Assembly (NCBI RefSeq): GCF_009914755.1
Contig: NC_060926.1
From: the human T2T-CHM13v2.0 reference genome, Homo sapiens
Length of the DNA stretch: 64,000 nt
Direction: 5' to 3' (one strand)
Shown: positions 26,545 to 39,808 of the stretch, piece after piece
Layout: the number at the start of each line of letters is the position of its first letter
How positions within the stretch are numbered: the first letter of the stretch is position 1
The notes under the pieces: generated by a model
What the model was told of the DNA's origin: nothing
The model's database searches: none
The model's input: the letters and a program-made list of their open reading frames with translations, nothing else
Position numbers and translations under genes: made by a program

Positions 26545-27920
26545 ATGATGGATGGATGGATGGTTGGGTAGGTGGATGTATGTTGCATGAGTGAATTGAT
26601 GGATGAATGGATGGGTGGGTGGATGAATGGATGGGTGGGTGGGAAGATGGATGGATGGGTGGGTGGATGAATAGATGGATAAGTGGGTGGGTAGATGAAT
26701 AGATGGATAAGTGGGTGGGTGGATGAATGGGTGCCGCATTGGTGGATTGATGGATGAATGGATGGGTGGGTGGATGGATGAAAGATGCATGAATAGATTG
26801 ATAGATGGATAGATGGGTAGGTGAGTGGATGACTGGGTAGGTAGGTGGGTAGATGAATGGATGGTTGGATGAATGGATGTTGCATGGGTAGACTGATGGA
26901 TGAATGGATGGGTGGGTGGGTAGGTAGATGAATGAGTAGGTAGATGGGTAGATGAATGGATGGCTGGATGAATGGATGTTCCATGGGTGGACTGATGGAT
27001 GAAGGGGTTGGTGGGTGGATCAATGTTGCGTGAGTATACTGATGGATGAATGGATGGAAAGGTGGGTGAGTGGGTGAATTAATGGGTAGGTGGGTGGGTA
27101 GATGAGTGGATGGCTGGATAAATGGATGTTAAGTGGGTGGACTGATGAATGACTGGACGGGTGGGTGGGTGGACAAATGGGTAGGTGGGTAGGTAGATGA
27201 ATGGATGGCTGCATGAATGGATATTGCATGCATGAATTGATGGATGAATGGATGGCTGGATGGGTAGATGAATAGGTAGGTGTGTGGGTGGATGGCTGGA
27301 TGAATGGATGGGTGGGTGGGTGGATGAATGTTGCATGAGTAGGTTGATGGATGAATGGATGGGTGGGTGGGTGAATGGGTAGGTAGGGGGATAGATGAAT
27401 GGATGGCTGGATGAATGGATGTGGCATGGGTGGATTGATGGATGACTGGATGGGCGGGTGAGTGGATGAATGGGCAGGTAGGTGGGTAGATGAATGGATG
27501 GTTGGTTGGATGAATGAATGTTACATGGGTGGATTGATGGATGAATGGATGGGTGGGTGGATGAATGTTGCATGAGTAGACTGATGAATGGATGGGTGGG
27601 TAGGTGAATGGGTAGGTGGGTGGGTAGATGAATGTCTGGCTAGATGAATGGATGTTGCATGGGTGGATTGATGGATGACTGGATGGGTGGGTGGGTGTAT
27701 GAATGGGCAGGTGGGTGGGTAGATGAATGGATGGCTGGATGAATGGATACTGCATGCATGAATTGATGGATGAATGGATGGGTGGGTGGGTGGATGAATG
27801 GGTAGGTGTGTGGGTAGATGAACAGATGCCTGAAAGAATGGATGTTGCATGGGTGTGCTGATGGATGAATGGATGGTAGGTGGGTGGGTGATTGGGTGGG
27901 TGGATGGATTGATGAATGAA
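26545..27920. repeat. GGAT-rich array of about 1.4 kb with higher-order units
   Basis: Recurring gttgcatg..ttgatggatgaatggatgggtggg modules. Confidence 0.9.
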
Positions 27921-28043
27921 AAAGCAGCCACTTATTCTCAGAAAATATGCATTCTGAAACAGTTTAGTGACATCTGAGGTCAATATTTAGGAAAGGAATT
28001 AAAGTGTTCTTGAATATTTTAACTTTTAAAAATTAAACACTTC

Positions 28044-28347
28044 AACCGGGCACGGTGGCTCACGCCTATAATCCCAAAACTTTGGGAGGCTGAGGCGGGT
28101 GGATCATGAGGTCAGGAGTTCAAGACCAGCCTGGCCAATATGGTGAAACCCCGTCTCTACTAAAAATACAAAAATTAGCTGGGCGTGGTGGCAGGCACCT
28201 GTAATCCCAGCTACTCGGGAGGCTGAGGCAAAGAACTGCTTGAACCCAGGAGGCGGAGGTTGCAGTGAGCCAAGATCACGCCACGGCACTCCAGCCTCGG
28301 TGACAGAGTGAGACTCTGTGCCTGCCCCCACCCCCCCCCCAAAAAAA
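28044..28347 (+). mobile_element. AluS
   Basis: TSD aaaaattaaacacttc on both sides. Confidence 0.9.
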
Positions 28348-29073
28348 TTAAACACTTCTCCTTAGGTAGTGGCTGACTTTTCTGGAGCTCTGGGTAGGGT
28401 AGGAGGGTTTTTGGAAGACCAACAGAGCAGAGCATCTTTTCACGCCATCCTTGGACAAGTCAAAGGCCTGCCTGGGCCCCAACACCACTACTGCCCTGTG
28501 CTCCCACCCTTAGCTCTCATGCAGATCCCTTACCACCATATAACAGTAACAACAAACCCTGCTCTCCATGTCAACCGAGAGGAGACTTGGCCCATAGAAC
28601 ACCTAGGCGCTGATGCAACGGTGGGGGCAGGGCACTAGCTATGGCCTGCACAAGGGGAAACGCACAGGGCCCAGGGCCAGGACTCACCATTAGCTCCACG
28701 GGCTCAGGAGATTCTCCCCAGCCACATCCCCCCACCAGGTTCTACACCAGCCTCGGGACTCCCCTGGCTGCATGTTCACCAAACCACCTTCTGATCACTC
28801 CTGTCCCCAAGAGTGGGCAGGTGGGATCCTGAGACCCTCATTCCCCTGCACAGACGTCCAGGGCCCCAGGACCCGGCCTGCCTCCCAGCTCGAGTCAGCA
28901 GGGGCTTTCCCTCCCTTCATTATCGCCCACATCAGTCACTTAATGGGAGGAGTGTGTTTAGGTCACCCTGAGGGAGCACTGTCAGTGGCAGCTGGCCGGG
29001 GACCTCAGGAACCTGCCTAGGGCAGCCTGCACAGTGCACGGCCCTAGGGGAGGAGCAGTAGCAGACTAGTCAC

Positions 29074-29546
29074 CTGAACTTGTAAGTTTGCTTCTGGATT
29101 TTGACCAACAAAGGGGTCTCATTGATTATGAACCATGGTTCTCCATCCTCAACGAACGGAGGAATTTCATTGAGGAAGATGCGGGCGTCCAGCTCTTTGC
29201 GGAAAGAGCTTGTCATGGGCAGGTGGTCACTGTTGGTCGAGTAGACATACATTTCTGGAGGCAGCGTTAGGTTGTCATTCAGAAGAAACCGCTTATAGTC
29301 ATAGAAAAAGGGATCCTGTCCCTCCTGCAGTCCCCACTCCGTTTTCTCCTCTTCTGAGAGGCTGATCCTGGCAGGGCTGTGGGTGATGAAGCTGGAGAAC
29401 TCAGGGTATCTGAGGAGGGAGAAGCCACTGGGGATCTGGGTGCACAGCTTGATGAGCTGCTCTCGGAACCACAGCCCCACGTCCTGGCTGCCATCGGGGT
29501 AGGTCTCGACACCTGGCCCAAACCGCTGGTCCGCTTTGTATAGCCC
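29074..29546 (-). CDS. ANKMY1: ANKMY1 coding exon 4 (GLYKADQRFGPGVETYPDG...QKQTYKF), completes MORN repeat 4
   Basis: gcAG|GGG acceptor, AG|GTGACT donor; 473 nt, phase 0-2; lies in ORF 29070..29597. Confidence 0.94.
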
Positions 29547-30290
29547 CTGCCAAGGAAGCGCAATAGACCGAGGAGAGATAACGCGACCCAGCTGCACATG
29601 TGATCATGTTTGTAACGTCAAAAGAAATCCCAAAAAAGAAAACTTTCCCAAGAAATGCATGCATTCAGCCAGTAAACATCTCTGGAGGCTTAGGCTGTGC
29701 CGCCCAGGGACCGAGGTGGACCAGCTCTCCCGAGGAACAGGAAGGAGGGCACTCCAGAGAGTGCATGGAGGGGCAAGGGGGCAGCCAGGGAGGTCTCAGT
29801 GGCCTCTGAGGTGAGGACATGATGGAAGTCTCATGGTGAAAGCGTGTCAGAGGTGCCAGGTCTGGGTTCAATTAGGGAACCCAGCCCAAACACCCCAACA
29901 GGCTGGGGCAGCAGTGGGTGGGGAGGAAGTATGCAGGCAGCAGGTCAGGTATGACCCAACAAGGGGCAGGAGAAGGAGGAGGAGATAGAGGAAAGGAAGA
30001 GGAGGAGGAGGAAGAGGAAGGAGGGAAGAGCAGGAGAGGAGGCCAAAGGGAGGAGGGGAGGAGCAAAGGGAAGGAGAAAGAGGGGGACAGAGGAAGAAGG
30101 GGAGCCAATCCTTGCTTCCAGGAACCCAGCAGCTCCCACGCCTTTGCCTGTAGGCAGTGGAGGCCACAGTGCAAGAGAGGAAGAAAGCATCCAGGAGGGC
30201 CTCACAAAACAACCAGTGAGCGGCCACTGCCAGGTGCCCAGGGGAGGGAGCACAGTCAGGGGCCTGCTGCCCAGGGGAGGCGCATCTTCC

Positions 30291-30696
30291 TGAGATGGCA
30301 TTGTCCCCACCCAAATCCCAACCCACCCAAATCCCATGTCAAATTGTACTCCCCAGTGTTGCAGTGGGGCCTGGTGGGAGGTGACTGGGTCACAGGGGTG
30401 TGTCCTTCATGAACGGTTCAGCACCGTGCCCTTGGTGCTGCCCTCCTGATAGGGCATTCTCACGAGATCTGCTTGTTTAAAAGCATGTGGCACCTCCTCC
30501 CCCACTTGCTCCTGCTCCCACCACATGATGTGCCTGCTCCCCGTTCACCTTCCAACATGACCGGAAGCTTCTTGAGGCTGTCCCAGCCATGCTTCCTGTA
30601 CAACCTGCAGAACCATGAGCCAATCACACCTCTTTTCTTTATAAATTACCCAGCCTCAGGTATTTCTTTGCGGCAACATGAGAATGGCCTAATACA
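30291..30696 (+). mobile_element. MST-type MaLR LTR
   Basis: cccacccaaatc...ttctttataaattacccagcctcaggtatttctt...ctaataca. Confidence 0.75.
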
Positions 30697-30774
30697 CCAC
30701 CCATGCTACACACCCGCCTGAGCATCCAAAAAGAGAAACTAACACTCTGATCGCCATTGAAGGGTGTCAGGAGA

Positions 30775-30993
30775 CCCAATCTCCACAAAAAAATTTACAA
30801 ATTGTGCTGGTGTGATGATGCACACCTGTAAGCCCAGCTACTCAGAGGCTGAGTTGGAAGGCTCGCTTGAGACCAGAAGTTCAAGGCTGCAGTGAGCTAT
30901 GATCACACCACTGCACTCCAGCCTGGGCAACAGAGTGAGACCCTGTCTCAATAAATACATAAATAGAATAATAAAATAAAGTAAAAAAAAAAA
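30775..30993 (+). mobile_element. Partial AluJ/FRAM
   Basis: Right-arm motif and A-rich tail. Confidence 0.7.
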
Positions 30994-32823
30994 AGTCATT
31001 GTTAAGAAAAGTGAAAAGGTAAGCCACTACTGGGATAAAATATTTATAAGTATCAGAATATATATAAAGAACTCTGTAAGTCCATAAGAACATAAATAAC
31101 CCAATTAATAATCAGTAAAACAAATAAACACTTCACCATAGAAGATATGTAGATAACAAATAAGAATATGAAAAAATGTCCAACATCATTAGTCACTGGA
31201 GCACTAAAAATTCAAACCATAATAACATACCACATACACCCATGAGAATGGCTAAAATAAAAAGACTGGCAATACCAAGTGTCGACAAGGATGTGAAACA
31301 AGTGGAACTTTCGTATCTTGATGACTAAATGCAAAACGGCACAGTCGCTTTGAATGACAGTTTGGCCATTTCTTATAAAATGTACCATACACTTACTGTT
31401 TTGACCAGCAACCCCACTCTTGGGTATTTATCCAAGTGAAAACAAAGATATATGTCCACTTCCAATCAACCGTTCTGGGCAGCTTTATTCATAGAAACCA
31501 AAAATTTGGAAGAAGTCAAATATGCATTTATTGGTGAACCAATAAAAATTTTGTGTTATATCCATGCAATGGAATACTACCCCATAATTTTTTTAAATTG
31601 ACTGAAATATGTAAAACATGTATGAGTCTCAAAAGAATCATGCCGTAAGCAAAAGAAATCAAACATAAAATACTACACCCGGTAAAATTGTATGTATATA
31701 AAATTATAGAAACAGGGAAACTACAATGACAAAAAGCAGATTAGTAGTTGTCAATGGCTAGAGGGTGGAGGTAGGGGTTTACTATAAAGGAGCTGGAAAA
31801 AATTCTGGGGGATGATAGAAATATTCTAAATCATGATCAAGGTGGTAGTGAAATGACTATATGCATTTGCTCAAAATTCACTGAGTTGGTTACTTAAAAT
31901 CAGTAAATCATGTTGCATGCAAATTTTATCTCAATAAAACTGACTAAAAAATGGAAAAAATACTAAGAAAATAATTTTAGTGGAAGAATAGCATGTTCAA
32001 TATATAAAAATGGAAGACACAGAAATGAGACATAGAGGGTATTGTGAGTAGGTCTAACATACCTGCAATTCGAGTACCAGAGAGAGAGGAGAGAGAATGA
32101 GGCACAGGCAATATTTGAAGAAATAACAGTTGAGAATTTTCCAGATCCACAAATGGAAACATCACATTGAAACTGTAGAAAACCAAAGAAAGACAAAACC
32201 TCAAAGCAGCCAAAGAAGAGACAGAATATATTCAAAAGAGCAATAGGCTGACAGCTGACTTCTCAACAGCAAAGATGGAAGCCAGGAAACAATGGAGTAG
32301 AATCTTCACTGTGCTCAAGAAAATAACTGTCAACCTAGAACTCTGTCCTGTGGGGATATTCTTCAAGAACTGAGGCAAAAACAACTGATTCTCAGACAAG
32401 CAAAAACTGACAGAATACCATCTTCAAATACACATTCAAATTCTAAGGGTATTCTTCAGGCAGAAAGAAAGTGACACTTTGGGGAAGGCAATTGTACAAA
32501 AAAAGTAATTAATTAAATTCAGGGAGAGTGACTCTTGATAAAAGACCAGAAACACAAGAAGGAGTAAGGGCAGAGAAGGTGACAATACCTGGGTAAGTCT
32601 AAAAATGCTGACTATAATAAGTTCTCAGAGAGACTAGATAGATAGACATAGATATAAAGCCACTCTTATTAGGGGTATGACTAACATGTAAAAAGCTGCA
32701 CATACATGTATACACTTGATGAGTTTAGGAGTAAGTTTACAGCCATGAATCCATCACCACCATGAAGGCCACAGAAATATCCATCACCACCCAAAGTTTC
32801 CTCCAATCCCCCCTATATATGTC

Positions 32824-33045
32824 CTCAAATTCCTGGGCTCAAGCGAGCCTCCCACCTCAGACTCCTGAGTAGCTAGGACTACAGGTGCACGCCATCATGC
32901 CCAACTAATTTTTCTTATTTTTATTTTGTAGAGATGAGGTCTCACTATTGCTCAGGCTGGTCTTGAACCCCTGGCCTCAAGCGATCCTCCTGCCTTGGCC
33001 TTCCAAAGTATTAGGATTACAGGCATGGGCCCCCACACCTGGGCC
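32824..33045 (-). mobile_element. Partial AluJ
   Basis: ctcctgggctcaagcg...ggattacaggcatg. Confidence 0.75.
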
Positions 33046-33753
33046 CCTTATATATTTTTAATGGATCCCAGTAGCAGCACAGAATTCAAAAAGGGATAAA
33101 TGGAGTTAAAAAATAGTCTAAGTTTCATACATTTTCCTGGAAAATTAAACGTATCTATAAATACTAGAATTAGTGTATCAAGAATGCATGCTGTAATTTT
33201 TAGGGTGTTGCTAAAATAATAGAAAAAGAGTGTATAACTTTGAAACTGATAATGTGAAAACAAGATTTTTTTTAAAATACCATATCGACCCAAATGAAGA
33301 TGAGAAAAAAGAGAAGAAATGTATAACAGGTGGAACAAAGAAAAACTGCATAATAAGATAGCAGACGTAAAGCAAGTATATTACTATGAGATGTACATGG
33401 TCTAAAATCAGAGTTGTACAAAAGAAAAATCATGAGCTAAGTATATAATTTAAAATTTTTACACAGTAAGTAAATGGAAGCTGGTAGAATTATTTTTTAA
33501 AAATATTTTTATTTAACTCAATCTTTCTAAAATATCATTTCAACATATATTTAATATTCAAAATTGTTGATGTATCTTACATTCTTTTTTCTTAATAATT
33601 CTTCAAGATCTGGTGTGTGGTTCACATTCACAGCACCCCTGAACTTGGCCCAGCCACATTTCAAGTGCTCAGGAGACATGCATGGCTAGTGGCCACCACG
33701 TTGGACAATGCAGGTCTAAATGACCAGTGACAATTATTGGGCTGGATTTCAAT

Positions 33754-33755
<2 letters not shown>

Positions 33756-33793
<38 letters not shown>
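33756..33793. repeat. Perfect (CA)n microsatellite
   Basis: About 19 CA units. Confidence 0.95.
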
Positions 33794-33795
<2 letters not shown>

Positions 33796-34373
33796 TTTTT
33801 AGGTAGAGTGATGCGTCATGAAAAAAATACAAAAAATGTAAAATGAAGAAATATCTAAAACATAATGAAACAGAAAGGTTGAAAGTAAAGTTACAGAGAA
33901 AGACGCATCACAGGAAAAATACTGGAGTCCTTCCGTATCTGCAGTTTTGCTTTCCACAGTTTCAGTTACTCATGGTCAACCATACTCCAAAAATAATAAA
34001 TGGAAAATTCCAGAAATGAACAATTCATAAGTTTTAAATTACATGCCATTCTGCGTATTGAGATGAAATCTCACAGCATCCTGCCTAGTCCTGCCTGAGA
34101 TGTGAATTGTGCCTTTATCCAGCTTCTCCATACTCCACACACTGTCCACCCACTCGTCACTTAAACCTAGTATATATAAGGCTTGATGCTATCCACAGTT
34201 TCAGGCATCCACTGGAGCTTATCCACAGTTTGGGGCATCCACTGGGGCTCTTGACATGCATCCTCGCCTAGAGGGCAGGACTTGACTCCTGTAATCCCAG
34301 AAAGCTAATGTAGCCTTGTTAATATCTACAAATTAGACTTTGGGTCATAAAGCATGACAAGAGATTTTTTTAG

Positions 34374-34640
34374 TGGCTCATGCCTGCAATCCTAAACCTT
34401 TGGGAGGCTGAGGCAGGAGGAACACTTGAGCCCGGGAGTTTGAGACCAGCCTGGGCAACATAGTGAGAACTCTACAAAACATAAAAGAATTAACCCAGCA
34501 TGGTGATGCATGCCTGTAGTCCCAGCTCCTAGGGAGGCTGAGGTGGGAGGATCACCTGAGCCCAGGAGGTCAATGCTGCAGCGAGCCGTGGTCACACCAC
34601 TGCACCCCAGCCTGGGCAACACAGCAAGACCCTGTGTCAA
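34374..34640 (+). mobile_element. AluJ-like
   Basis: Dimer with ggatcacctgagcccaggagg. Confidence 0.8.
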
Positions 34641-34861
34641 AGATGATCACTTCATCATAATAATAGATTCAACCTACAGGGAGATATACTAATTCAAAAG
34701 TTTGACTCTTCTAACAATATGGTCTCAAAATAAATAAAGCAAAATTTGACAGAATTATAAGAATAATAAATCCACAATCACAGTGAGAGATTCTAACATA
34801 CCTTTCTCAGTCATCAATGGAATGAGCAGTCAAAAAAAGCATATCGGATTTAGACAAGATG

Positions 34862-35866
34862 GGGCATGGTGGCTCACACCAATAATCCCAGCACTTTCGG
34901 AGGCTGAGGTGTGAGGATCACTTGAGCCCAGGAGTTCAAAACCAACCAGGGCAACATAGCAAGACCCCATCTCTACAAAAATAAAATTATCAGGGTGTGA
35001 TGGTGCATGCCTATGGTCCCAGCTACTCAGGAGGCTGAGGCAAAGGATTGCTTGAGCCTGGGAGGTCAAGGCTGCAGTAAGCTGTGTCGATGAAAAAAGT
35101 CAAACTGTGTGAAATGTTTTAAGAGATTTATTCTGAGCCAAATGTGAGTGACCATGGCCCATGACACAGCCCTCAGGAGGTCCTCAGAACATGTGCCCAA
35201 GGTGGTTGGGGTACAGCTTGGTTTTATATGTTTTAGGGAGGCATGAGACATCAAACAAATACATTTAGGAAATACATTGGTTTAGTTCAGAAAGGTGGAA
35301 CAAATCAAAGTGGGGGCTTTCAGGCTGCAGGTAAATTTAAATATTTTCTGGTTGACAATTGGTTGAGTTTATCTGAACCCAGTTTACTTGGGATCAATGG
35401 AAAGGAATGTTCAGGTTAAGATAAAGAACCAAGTTTTATTGTTCAGAGAGAGAGCAGGTTGTAAAATGTTTCTTACGGGACCTAAAAGGGTGCCTGGCTC
35501 TTAGGTGATTATCTCCTGCATCTGGAAAGAAAGGAAGGAAAACAAAGGGGAAAGGGGATTCTCTAGAGAACGTGGATTTTTCCCACAAGAGACTTTGCAG
35601 GGCAATTTCAAGGTATGACAAGGAAATGTATTTTGAGGATAAATATTCTTTTCTTGTCACATAATGTTATACCAGAGTCAGATTGAAAGTAAGTCATGAT
35701 ATATAGGGTCAAACAAAACCCATCTGGTAAGAATTTATGGTTTGTAGGACATGACTCCCTAGACCCCTTAGGTAGGAATTTGGGCAAGATTTTTAAAAAA
35801 TCAGAGTTTAGTCCTCAGCTGTGATCATGCCACTGCACTCCAGCCTGGGTGACAGAGCAAGACCCT
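34862..35866 (+). mobile_element. AluJ-like element split by the LTR
   Basis: Alu sequence stops at gctgcagtaagctg and resumes at gctgtgatcatgccactgcactccagcc. Confidence 0.85.
35085..35817 (-). mobile_element. MER4A-like solo LTR inserted inside an Alu
   Basis: Minus strand TGAGGACTAA...TCGACA; TSD gctg at 35081-35084 and 35818-35821. Confidence 0.8.
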
Positions 35867-36939
35867 GCCCCCCAACCCCACCACACCCCCCTAAATAGTA
35901 AAGACTAACACAAATAGTAAAAGTGACCCAAGCACATATAAAGACTATGCTCACTAACTGCAAAATGCATATTCTTTTCATAAATACAAAAACATTTAAA
36001 AAGTTGGCCAAAGTCTGGGTCATAAAGCAAGTCTCTAAGTTTCAAAGAACTGCAACCATACAAGGCACACAAGAATGCAGAAAATCAATAACAAAAAACT
36101 ATCTAGAGCCTGAACACTAAGCAATACTCCTATAAGATAAACCATGGGTCGAGAGGAAATCACAACAGAAATGAGAACATATTTTGAACTGAATGAAAAT
36201 AATATAACCAAATTTTGGATTACAGAGCCATGCTTAGAAAGAATATATATCATTAAATATGTACATCAGGTAAGAAGAAAACTAGAATATCAATAAGTGA
36301 GAAAAGAAAAGAAAATTCTTTTTTTTTCTTTTGGAAAAAATCGATGAACTGGATAAGAAAATAGAATCAAATGGCATGCTCAACTGAGCTGAAGGCTGTT
36401 TCTTTGGGGAAAATGAATAAAATTGACACCTCCCTGGCAAGACTAGCCAGAGGAAAAACGGAGGGCACAGAAACATGAAAAGGGGCACAGCAGCGCCACT
36501 CATTTAGGGAAAGGCCATTTCAGGCCACAATGCAATGCCACTGCATGACTACTAGAGAGGCTAAAACTAAAGTAACAGTGACAAGACCAGGTGGTAATAA
36601 GAATTCAGAGATTCAAACCCTTGAAGCAACAGAGCAAGACCCTGTCTCTAAAAACAAACAAAAAACAATTGAGCAGTAACATAAGATGTATCGCATTGCC
36701 TTTCTCTTCTCTACAAGAAAATATTACATATGAAGAGGCAGCTAAAGATTAGACAGTCAAAAAATATACAAGAAGTCTTATAGAGGTGGATCAGGCAGTT
36801 AATAAAAAGACTATGCTTTTTCCCTGGATTCTATAATATTTATTGAATGCAGCCACTTTCTTAAATGTATAATTTATTGTAATTTTTTCTCATGCTAAAT
36901 ATTCATTTTGATTTTTTAAAATTATTTTTCTTTTTAAAA

Positions 36940-37061
36940 TAAATAGAGAGAGGGTCTCACTATGTTGCCCAGGCTAGTTTCAAACTCCTGAGCTCAAGCA
37001 ATCCTCTTGCTTCAGCCTCCCAAAGTGCTGGGATCACAGTCGTGAGCCACCGTACCCATCC
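36940..37061 (-). mobile_element. FLAM / Alu left monomer
   Basis: gggtctcactatgttgcccaggct...gtgagccacc. Confidence 0.7.
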
Positions 37062-37156
37062 AAATATTCACTTTCAACGAAAAAGAAAAAAAGAAGAAAA
37101 AGAAAAGAAAAAAACAGCACAGCAAGAAAAACTGTATCTCACAGCAGCCTGAGGAA

Positions 37157-37611
37157 TGTGAGGTTGGCTAAAGTGATGAGGCCCAGAGAGACCAGCAAGA
37201 GACTTCAGTCAGGCCCCCACCCTCACCTGCAGCCAGGCCCAGGGTAATTGTTTCAAGGCCTTTTGTTTTTCCTTTCTTTACCTATAGTTTCCAGATTTGC
37301 TGATAAGTTACCCAAAATGTTATCATAAGTTCCATAATGTGACCCTCGCCTATTGTCTTCATGTTCGTAGGATTTCCGATACAAAAAACAATATCCAGTC
37401 AATAGCTCCTGTGATTTTAATGTAAATTCTTGGTAAATAACTTAAGAATTTCCCCTTTTCCTTTAAAACCTCACTTGTAACTGCTGCTAATTGGAGCGTC
37501 TATTCAGGGCAACTTGAATGTATTTCTCTCTGGCTGCAGTCCTCAAACCTTGCAGTCCTCAAAACTCTACTTACATTAAATTTTGCCTCAGTCTCTTCCT
37601 TTAGGGTGACA
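37157..37611 (+). mobile_element. ERV1 LTR, MER34/MER39-like
   Basis: TG...CA ends; 3' motif gcagtcctca..aaactctac..ttagggtgaca; 5' boundary approximate. Confidence 0.5.
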
Positions 37612-37740
37612 ACAACCATTTGGTTAAGCAGTCACCACATGACCCCACAGTCCCACTCCCAAGTATCTTCCCAAGCGACACGGAGGCCCGTGCTTCATGT
37701 TGACATGTACAAAACAACGAAGTGTGCATGTCTATAATGG

Positions 37741-38139
37741 TGTCAAATCAAGTGTAGCCTCAAGCTGCCTCCTTACCTGTTTCAGTTTGGCCTAAAGGTT
37801 CTTCTGCACGCTGTAAACCACAACAAGTGGAGGTGTAAACTGGTCATAGCCCACACCTGCGCCAATCGCTGAGTTTTGGCCAATCAAATGTAGCCACTGT
37901 TCAAACCATGTTCAAATAAGGCAAACACTGAGCTGCAACCAATCCAGCTGCTTCTGTACCTCGCTTCTCTTTTCTGTATTTCACCTTCCTTTTGCTGTCC
38001 ATACATTGTCTTCCACCACGTGGCTGCGCTGGAGTCTCTCTGAATCTGCTGTGATTCTGGGGGCTGCCTGATTCATCAATCGTTCATTGCTCAATTAAAC
38101 TCCTTTAAATTTAATTTGGCTTAAGTTTTTCTTTTAACA
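37741..38139 (+). mobile_element. MER57-like solo LTR
   Basis: TGT.AAAT.AAGT.TAGCCT.AAGCTGCCTCCTTAC...TTTTAACA; TSD atgg/atgg. Confidence 0.75.
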
Positions 38140-38143
38140 ATGG

Positions 38144-39607
38144 TGAGAGGTGACAACGTGCTAGCAGCCCTCGCTCACTCTCGGCGCCTCCTCTGACTCC
38201 GCGTCCGCTCCCGCCGCGCTTGAGGGGCCTTTCAGCCTGCTGCTGCGCTGTGGGGGCCCCTCTCTGGGGCTGGCCGAGGCCGGAGCTGGCTCCCTCTGCT
38301 TGCAGGGAGGTGTGGAGGGAGAGGCGCAGGCGGGAAATGGGGCTGCGAGCGGCGCTCACGGGCCAGCGCGAGTTCTGGGTGGGCGTGGGCTCGGGGGGCC
38401 CACACTCAGAGCCACCAGCCGGTGCCACTTGCCCCGGGCAGTGAGGGGCTTAGCACCTGGGCCAGAAGCTGCGGAGGGTGCGCCAGGTCCCTCAGCACTG
38501 CCAGCCCGCCAGCGCTGCACTCAAATTCTCGTGGGGACTCAGCTGCCTCCCCACGGGGCAGGGCTCGGGACCTGCAGCGTGCCATGCCCGAGCGCCCCCA
38601 CCTCCTGCACTGCCCCAGCCTCCCCGACAGGCGCCGCCCCCTGCTCCACAGCTCCCCAGTCCCATCCACCACCCAAGGGCTGAGGAGTATGGGCGTGCAG
38701 TGAGGCACTGACGGGCACCTCCCCCAGTGGCCCTGGCGTGCGATCCACTAGGCAAAGCCAGCTGAGCTCCTGAATCTAGTGGGGTCTTGGAGAACTTTTG
38801 TGTCTAGCTAAAGGATTGTAAATGCACCAGTCAGCACTCTGTGTCTAGCTCAAGGTTTGTAAGTGCACCAATCAGCACTCTGTGTCTAGCTTGGGGTTTG
38901 TGGATGCACCAATCAGTACTCTGTATCTAGCTAATCTGGTGGGGACTTGGAGAACTTTTATGTCTAGCTAGAGGATTGTAAATGCACCAATCAGCACTCT
39001 GTGTCTTGCTCAGGGATTGTAAACGCACCAATCAGCACTTTGTCAAAATGGACCGATCAGCTCTCTGTAAAATGGACCAATCAGCAGGATGTGGGTGGGG
39101 TCAGATAAGGGAATAAACGCAGGCTGCCTGAGGCAGCCAGTGGCAACCCACTGGGGTCCCCTTCCACACTGTGAAAGCTTTGTTCTTTCGCTCTTTGCAA
39201 TACATCTTTCTGCTGCTCACTCTTTGGGTCCGCACTGCGTTTATGAGCTGTTAACACTCACCGCAAAGGTCTGCAGCTTCACTCCTGAGGCCAGCGAGAC
39301 CACAAACCCACTGGGAGGAACGAACAACTCTGGACCAGAGGAACGAACAACTCCGGACCGGAGGAACGAGCAACTCCAGACGCACCACCTTAAGAGCTGT
39401 AACACTCACCGTGAAGGTCTGCAGCTTCACTCCTGAAGCCAGCGAGACCATGAACCCGCCAGAAGGAAGAAACTATGAACACGTCCAAACATCAGAAGGA
39501 ACAAACTCCCGACACACCATCTTTAAGAACCGTAACACTCACCACGAGGAGTCCGCGGCTTCATTCTTGAAGTCAGTGAGACCAAGAACCCACCAATTCC
39601 GGACACA
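38144..39607 (+). mobile_element. LTR12 (ERV9) solo LTR, long LTR12C/D/E type
   Basis: TGAGAGGTGACA...CCGGACACA; CpG-rich U3; tandem CCAATCAGCACTCTGTGTCTAGC (NF-Y) repeats. Confidence 0.9.
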
Positions 39608-39808
39608 ATAGGATTATTCATAATTGCCAAACACTGGAAACAACTCAAATGTCCTTCATCAGGGGAATAAACTATGGTAGCTCCACACAATGAAAATGTA
39701 TTAAGCAATAAAAAGGAACCAACTCCTGGAACAAACAGATGAATCTCAGATGCATGATGCTAAGTGTCAGATGCCAGACTCAAAAGGCTGCACATTGTGT
39801 GATTTCAT

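Larger units (their letters stand above)
30995..34830 (+). mobile_element. Mosaic of old L1M fragments with embedded MER33-like (about 33410-33713) and MER44-like (about 33922-34270) DNA elements
   Basis: A-rich L1 ORF2, 3'UTR and ORF1 motifs; gccacatttcaagtgctc...ttggacaatgcag; ttttgctttccacagtttcagttac. Confidence 0.55.
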
